64,000 nt of DNA. It comes from Acidimicrobiia bacterium. Its GTDB lineage: Bacteria; Actinomycetota; Acidimicrobiia; Spongiisociales; JAENVV01. The notes beneath the pieces were generated by a model. That model was not told the DNA's origin. It worked only from the letters and a program-made list of their open reading frames with translations, and made no database searches. Made by a program: the position numbers and the translations under genes. Below, piece after piece: positions 59,801 through 64,000 of the stretch (its first letter is position 1; every line of letters begins with the position of its first letter). The DNA lies in NCBI GenBank assembly GCA_041635475.1, contig JBFKVA010000004.1:2640-66639 (forward strand), in the 5' to 3' direction.

Positions 59801-60444
59801 GTTCGGGAGCCAAGGCCGGTGGGCCCAACTACGTCGCGTCGCTGGCCCGCTGGATCGAAGCCGGCCTCCCCGCCACCACCGGGGACGTCGGAAACGACGT
59901 TGTCGCGCTCGTCGCCGCAGCCGCTGGCTTGAGGGAGCGGGCCACGGCGGCCGCCGGTTCCTACGCCGCGGCGTGGCGCGACCACTTCTCACTCGTCCAT
60001 GACCCCTCCGCGGTGCGGGGAGAGATCAACGGCTTCCGCTATCGGCCGGCACCGAGGGTCCTCGTCCGCGTGCTTCCCGACGGGAACCCGGAGGACGCGC
60101 TGCTGGCGGCGATGGCCGCACGAACGTGCGGGACACCCGTCGAGATCTCGGTGGGTGACGGCACCGCCTGGCCATGGAAGGAGTTCCCGGTCCCGGTGGT
60201 GTCCGAGTCGGACAGCGCGTTCGGTGCCCGCCTCACGTTGGACGACCGGGTGCGGGTCATCGGGGCTGCGCCCCGCTCCCTGTGGGAGAGCGCCCGGGAC
60301 GCCCACGCTCGCGTCTTCGACGACCCGGTCGTGGCCCAAGGACGGATCGAGCTGCGCTGGTACGTCCGGGAACAAGCGATGTCGATCCGTACCCACCGCT
60401 ACGGCAACCTCGTCGGCCTTGGGGAGCACGCCCTCGACCGATAG
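56893..60444 (+). CDS. putA: bifunctional proline dehydrogenase / L-glutamate gamma-semialdehyde dehydrogenase
   Basis: PRODH barrel segments (NINYLGEAILGE, IVKGANL, EMLEGM). ALDH segments (PWNFPLAIP, ETSGKNA, FGHNGQKCSA). An alternative GTG start lies at 56926. Confidence 0.9.
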   Translation: MAGARPGRRSLVDVHIDDLLTATRETEIEALPALAVDLAALLLAESLEHRTHDDRQNAERMAAMMRDPDGKRLTVSLFDQVFRAHAPARIADQLDHLIGRSGVPHYFAGWERVAMGIGAVAGRFLPGVVVPAIISRVRAETSGMILPSEENQLADHLDRRRRDGVRMNINYLGEAILGEEEAATRLGKYLDLLARPDIEYISVKISSIFSQIDHVAAEATLETLKDRLRVLYRTAEAFTFTADDGTVRKKFVNLDMEAYGDLHLTFDAFTQTLDLEEFRDFTAGIVLQAYLPDSFPLQQELTDWAVGRVASGGAPIKLRIVKGANLATELADASWHGWPQAPYATKGEVDSNFTRMVRYASRPDHAVAVRVGIGSHNLFDVAHALLLRAHHGTDEHVEIEMLEGMVNHQARAVQDVAGSMLLYAPIVEEKDFRSAIAYLIRRLDENTEEENFLHDLFGMVPGDPAFVRQADRFLAATALEAPTGPRRSQDRRSESFGFDPSAPFANVADTDFSLPANQAWVRSIAEDWQHRVVPDIRPVVDGEAVTSDRWRDGHDPSRPGDVAYRWLRTSGDQMLAAISGAVEASVGWAATPPAHRRRVLERCAEELARRRTEFVGAMMLDAGKSAVEADVEVSEAVDFARYYGRHLNEPTDGASATPLGVVAVIPPWNFPLAIPAGGVLAALAAGNAVLFKPASETVLIGSMIAEALWAAGVPHSVLQFVPASSDAASHLVDDPRVGGVILTGAWETGRMFLDRRPDLRLSAETSGKNALIVSAMSDRDQAIKDLVKSAFGHNGQKCSAASLGILEAEVYDDQVFLRQLADAVRSLHVGAPWDLESKVTPVIHAPGPDLLRGLTALDDGESWLVEPRHLGGNLWAPGVRLGVQPDSFFHRIECFGPVLGLMRAPDMDTAIAWVNSSEYSLTGGLHSLDEREIDRWADDVEVGNGYVNRHITGAIVRRQPFGGWKKSSFGSGAKAGGPNYVASLARWIEAGLPATTGDVGNDVVALVAAAAGLRERATAAAGSYAAAWRDHFSLVHDPSAVRGEINGFRYRPAPRVLVRVLPDGNPEDALLAAMAARTCGTPVEISVGDGTAWPWKEFPVPVVSESDSAFGARLTLDDRVRVIGAAPRSLWESARDAHARVFDDPVVAQGRIELRWYVREQAMSIRTHRYGNLVGLGEHALDR

Positions 60445-60466
60445 GGCCGGCGACGTAGGCTGGCCC

Positions 60467-61654
60467 ATGATCTCCGCCCGTCAGGTCACGGTCACGGCCT
60501 CGGCGTTCGTCGCCATGTTCGTCATCTTCGGGGTTGCCTACTCGTTCGGTGCCTTCTTCGAGGCGATGGGCGAGGAGCTCGGCTCCAACGCCGCTCGCAC
60601 CTCGGCGGTGTTCTCCATCACGACGTTCCTGTTCTTCCTGCTGGGGGCGGTGACCGGCCGGATCTCGGATCGCCTCGGAGCCCGTCCCCTCCTGGTGCTG
60701 GCCGCCCTCTCGCTGGCCGGCGGCCTCTTCGCCACCGCCCGCGTCACGACCGTCGAGGCCGGCTATCTCAGCTACGGCCTCGGGGTGGGCCTGGCCGTGG
60801 CCGCCGCCTACGTACCCTCGGTGGCCACCGTTGGCAAGTGGTTCGGGGAACGGCGGGCTGCGGCCCTGGGATTCGCCGTGACGGGCATCGGGGTGGGGAC
60901 GATGGTGGTGGCGCCGGCGGCGGCCTCCCTCATCGAAGCGGTGGGATGGCGCGACGCCTACCGGACCATGGGATGGGTCGGGGGCGCGGTCCTGCTCCTG
61001 GCGGCCGCCGGCATCGGTGCCAAGCACGCCGACCCGGACGCCACGCCGGCCCACTTCGGGCCCCGGGCCCTGGCCGATCGGCGGGCGAGGATGCTCTATC
61101 TGGCCGCGCTCGCGTTCTCGGTGGCGCTCTTCGTGCCGTTCGTCTTCGCACCCGCCTACGCCCGGTCCCGGGGCGCCGACCCCGTCGCCGCTGCGTTCCT
61201 GCTCGGTCTCCTCGGACTCGGGAGCACGGCGGCCCGTCTCGTGCTGGGCCCCCTGGCCAATCGGTTCGGGTCCCTGCGGCTCTTCCGGTGGTGCTTTCTC
61301 CTCCACACGGCCTCCTACCTCATCTGGCTCGGAGCCGGGGAGTCCTACGCGGCCATGGCCACGTTCGTCGTCGTCATGGGCTTCGCCTACGGGGGGTTTG
61401 TCGCCCTGTCGAGCGCCGTCATCGCCGACGCCTACGGACCGGCGGTCCTGGGGGCGGCGCTGGGTGCCCTCTACACGGCTGCCGCGGTGGGGAGCCTGGC
61501 CGGCCCCCCGGCCGCCGGCGCGGTCCTCGACCTGTCGGGGAGTTACACGACCGTCGTGACGGGCCTTGTCGTCGTGTCCGGCATCGGGACCCTGCTCCTT
61601 CTCCTCGGGGTCCCCATGGACGCCCGGGGGCGCATCGAACGCCTCCCCCTCTAG
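60467..61654 (+). CDS. MFS transporter (oxalate/formate antiporter-like)
   Basis: 395 aa, 12 TM helices. GRISDRLGARP loop motif. Confidence 0.8.
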   Translation: MISARQVTVTASAFVAMFVIFGVAYSFGAFFEAMGEELGSNAARTSAVFSITTFLFFLLGAVTGRISDRLGARPLLVLAALSLAGGLFATARVTTVEAGYLSYGLGVGLAVAAAYVPSVATVGKWFGERRAAALGFAVTGIGVGTMVVAPAAASLIEAVGWRDAYRTMGWVGGAVLLLAAAGIGAKHADPDATPAHFGPRALADRRARMLYLAALAFSVALFVPFVFAPAYARSRGADPVAAAFLLGLLGLGSTAARLVLGPLANRFGSLRLFRWCFLLHTASYLIWLGAGESYAAMATFVVVMGFAYGGFVALSSAVIADAYGPAVLGAALGALYTAAAVGSLAGPPAAGAVLDLSGSYTTVVTGLVVVSGIGTLLLLLGVPMDARGRIERLPL

Positions 61655-61773
61655 CGGTGTCCAAGGAGCGGAGGACGAGAGTGTCGACAACTCCCGATCT
61701 CGCCCGACCCTCTCCCACCCGTCCGGCGGTCATCGACCGCGATCGCTCGGGCCGCCCAGCCGAGTCACCGAGA

Positions 61774-63264
61774 TCACTGGGTGGCGGGCCGCGCGCCTTC
61801 GAGTACACCGTCCAGCGCCTGGAAGTCACCGGAACTGACCGCCTTGATCAGCTCATCCTTGATCGGGGTGAAGTGCATCGTCCACCCGGTGTAGCCGGCG
61901 TGCTCGATTCGTTCGTCCCACAGGGTTGTGACGTCCTCGTGCCGGGGGTCCTTCGAGATCCGGTCGAAGACCGCCGCCACCGCCTCGTTCGGTCCGTCGA
62001 GGACCTGGAGGAACCGATCCCCCGAATAGAGCAGCACACCACCGATCCCCACTGCGTCGTTTCGCGCCCGGGACCGCCGGACCAATAGGGCAAGTGATCC
62101 GGCGTCGAATGCCGTCCGCGCCCGGCTCACATAGACGACGCGACGGAGGTCGGTCGGGTCGCCCTTGTGGGGAATGGAGAGTGTGAACCTCGTCCCGCCT
62201 CCAGCGCGACGTTCCGCGGTCAACTCGCCTCCCACGCGATGCAGGAGGTCGCGACACAGGGCCAATCCCACCCCACCCCCCAGCTCACCGTGGGTGCCGA
62301 GCCTCGATGACTGGACGTCGCCCCGAGCCAGCGCGGCGATCGCCCCATCCGAGATGCCGTCCCCCTCATCATCGATGTGGACGTGGACCTCGTCGTCCAC
62401 CACGACCTGGGAGGCACGCACCGTGCCGCCCTCCGGGCTGTACTTGATTGCGTTCTCGAGGATGTTGCGGATGGCGGTCCTGAGCAGGTCCGGTTGGGTG
62501 AGTGCCCATGCCCCTTCCAGGCCACTCAGGTCGATCTCGATCCCCTTCGCCTCGGCCATCGTTGCCAGGGAGTCGCCGATCGATGAAGCGACGCCGCGAA
62601 GACTGACCGGCAGGCTGGGGACATGGCTGGCCTGGCGGCCCAGGCGGGCCCACCCCAGCACCTCATCGACCAACTCGAGGGTGTTGTGGGCGCGCAGCCT
62701 CAGGTCGGGGAGGAGCTCGATGACATCGTCCTCGGTGAGGCCCTCGCCCGGGTTGGCGGCCGAGTCGATCAGGCTGGTCAGGGTGGAGAGCGGACCCCGT
62801 ACATCGTGGGAGAGCAGGCCCAGGAGGAGGTCCCGGAACGCCGATTCCTCCTGCTGTGCAGCGATGGCCTTCGTCAGCGATCGCTCCGCCTCCACCTGCT
62901 CGGTGATCTCGATGGAGATGCCGCCTAGGAATACCCGCCCGTCCTCCTGGGGGAGCGGCACCTTCCATGAGAGGTAGTGCACCGGTCGCCCATCGGAGAC
63001 CACGATCTCCGCGACCTGTTCCGCCGTGAGCGTTTCCTGGACCCGGCTGTCGTTCTCGGCCATCGCCCTGGCCATGTCCTCGGGGAACAGGTCCCATCCG
63101 GACTTGTGCATCCACTCGTCCACTTCGATGCCGAACGCCACTCCGAAGGCCGGGTTCATGTAGATCAAACGATGCTGGTCGTCCTTGACCCAGTTCAACG
63201 TCGGAGATCGCTCCAGCAGGCCTTCAAGCAGGACGCTCAGGTCCCAGCCTTCCGCTGCCTCCAT
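61774..63264 (-). CDS. hybrid sensor: PAS - HisKA - HATPase_c - C-terminal BLUF domain
   Basis: GAGGAGG SD. H-box LSHDVRGPL. N-box IRNILENAIKYSP. G-boxes DDEGDGI and GGGVGLALC. C-terminal aa 373-465 (nt 61870-62148) LRRVVYVSRA..GIGGVLLYSGDRFLQVLDG..DPRHEDV..GWTMHF matches BLUF hallmarks. Confidence 0.85.
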   Translation of the reverse strand: MEAAEGWDLSVLLEGLLERSPTLNWVKDDQHRLIYMNPAFGVAFGIEVDEWMHKSGWDLFPEDMARAMAENDSRVQETLTAEQVAEIVVSDGRPVHYLSWKVPLPQEDGRVFLGGISIEITEQVEAERSLTKAIAAQQEESAFRDLLLGLLSHDVRGPLSTLTSLIDSAANPGEGLTEDDVIELLPDLRLRAHNTLELVDEVLGWARLGRQASHVPSLPVSLRGVASSIGDSLATMAEAKGIEIDLSGLEGAWALTQPDLLRTAIRNILENAIKYSPEGGTVRASQVVVDDEVHVHIDDEGDGISDGAIAALARGDVQSSRLGTHGELGGGVGLALCRDLLHRVGGELTAERRAGGGTRFTLSIPHKGDPTDLRRVVYVSRARTAFDAGSLALLVRRSRARNDAVGIGGVLLYSGDRFLQVLDGPNEAVAAVFDRISKDPRHEDVTTLWDERIEHAGYTGWTMHFTPIKDELIKAVSSGDFQALDGVLEGARPATQ

Positions 63265-63325
63265 GAATCCTCCTCAGGACACAAGGAGCCTAGTTCAAAC
63301 CCACTCGGGGCCCGAGGGGCCCTCC

Positions 63326-63796
63326 TCACCCATTCCGGAGCAGGCCCCCGAGGACGCCAAGCGAGGCCCCCAGTTGCCCGGCCTCCCGTTCGTCGAGTCC
63401 CGCAACCCTCTCCGCCAGCAGCCTGATTCGCTCCGCCCTTCCCCGTCCGAGCAGGGCGGTGCCCGCCGGCGTGACATGCACCTCGACGACGCGCCGATCC
63501 ACTTCGGATCTCCGCCGCTCGGCCAGGCCCCTCCGCTCGAGCTTGTCGACATGGTTGGTGATTGCCGGCGACGACACCTGTTCACGCTCTGCCAGCCCGC
63601 CGATCGTCTGCGGGCCCGCGAACACGAGCACCGACAGGATCGATGCCTGCGGTGCAGTGAGGTACATGACTTCATCGGCCTCCCTGATCGAGCGGAGGAG
63701 ACGAACCACAATCGAGTTCAACTCGTTCGCCAGTCGATGGTTGGCATCGTCCGGCACCCCGGGAGGGAGGGGTGGGAGGGCTGACCGTGTTGACAC
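63326..63796 (-). CDS. MarR family transcriptional regulator
   Basis: LTAPQASILSVLVFAGPQTIGGLAEREQVSSPAITNHVDKLERRGL. GTG start. Confidence 0.85.
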   Translation of the reverse strand: MSTRSALPPLPPGVPDDANHRLANELNSIVVRLLRSIREADEVMYLTAPQASILSVLVFAGPQTIGGLAEREQVSSPAITNHVDKLERRGLAERRRSEVDRRVVEVHVTPAGTALLGRGRAERIRLLAERVAGLDEREAGQLGASLGVLGGLLRNG

Positions 63797-63808
63797 AATC
63801 TATTATGT
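63793..63808. promoter_or_regulatory. imperfect inverted repeat ACACAAT-CT-ATTATGT in the AT-rich marR/VOC divergent region
   Basis: Read directly, 6 of 7 positions symmetric. Adjacent plus-strand TTGACA (63790-63795)-17 nt-TACCTT (63813-63818). Confidence 0.35.
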
Positions 63809-63844
63809 TAGTTACCTTTTCAACTCTCTTACCGAAATGAAGGA

Positions 63845-64000
63845 ATGAGCGCAATCTCCAGGATCGGCCAGCTACACATCACGGTGGAGGACCTCGGACG
63901 CGCCATCGGCTTCTACCGGGACGTCCTTCGCCTGCAATTCCTCTTCGACGTCCCCGGCCAGGACATGGCGTTCTTCCAGGTCGGGGAGACACGCCTCTAC
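63845..64000 (+). CDS. VOC (glyoxalase/bleomycin-resistance/dioxygenase) family protein, N-terminal part, runs off the right edge
   Basis: Own translation: MSAISRIGQLHITVEDLGRAIGFYRDVLRLQFLFDVPGQDMAFFQVGETRLY. Typical VOC beta-alpha-beta start. Confidence 0.6.
   Translation, partial: MSAISRIGQLHITVEDLGRAIGFYRDVLRLQFLFDVPGQDMAFFQVGETRLY

Noticed and set aside
55639-60444. 1601-aa ORF, and other over-extended track ORFs (713-2509, 3634-4968, 5373-7736, 19958-21466, 21810-23555, 31710-33764, 36580-38406, 41341-43992, 47824-49740, 53026-55314, 59999-61654)
   Set aside because: Only the C-terminal portions have domain content. The N-terminal extensions are low-complexity and overlap upstream genes. 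I used internal starts supported by SD sequences, start-stop coupling or homolog N-termini.

Overview
High-GC, gene-dense chromosomal segment. Codon bias, frequent GTG starts and ATGA/GTGA start-stop overlaps suggest Actinomycetota, but that is inference only. I support about 60 protein-coding genes. I found no rRNA, tRNA, CRISPR array, transposase, integrase or phage genes. The content is mostly core metabolism and transport: AtuA-family protein, SDR and epimerase, BASS transporter, TPP enzyme, serC, an acyl-CoA carboxylase beta/alpha pair, plsC-like acyltransferase, a metY-pcm-metX operon behind a SAM-I-type riboswitch, ppk2, clpB, a deacetylase/peptidase/peptide-ABC cluster, an ABC-2 exporter with an amidase, CHAD protein, putA and MFS transporters. 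Many long ORFs in the six-frame track are Arg/Pro/Gly-rich shadow frames of these genes and were rejected. Signals most worth a second look: (1) 61774-63264, a histidine kinase carrying a complete C-terminal BLUF blue-light flavin domain (PAS-HisKA-HATPase-BLUF) next to a MarR gene with no response regulator in view. (2) 33808-34223, a 416-nt hairpin-rich leader with two Shine-Dalgarno-preceded mini-ORFs in front of a second metY paralog that has no SD of its own. (3) That leader heads a tightly packed six-gene minus-strand unit: metY2, hydrolase, P-loop COG2403-like protein, carbamate kinase, GAF plus degenerate GGDEF, LLM oxidoreductase. (4) The SAM riboswitch aptamer appears to lack the P4 helix. 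(5) Twin GTCAAG-N4-CTTGAC operators lie upstream of a membrane-protein/XRE pair, and a perfect 14-bp palindrome lies in the arsR/clpB divergent region. All family assignments come from motif recognition by eye, not from database searches.
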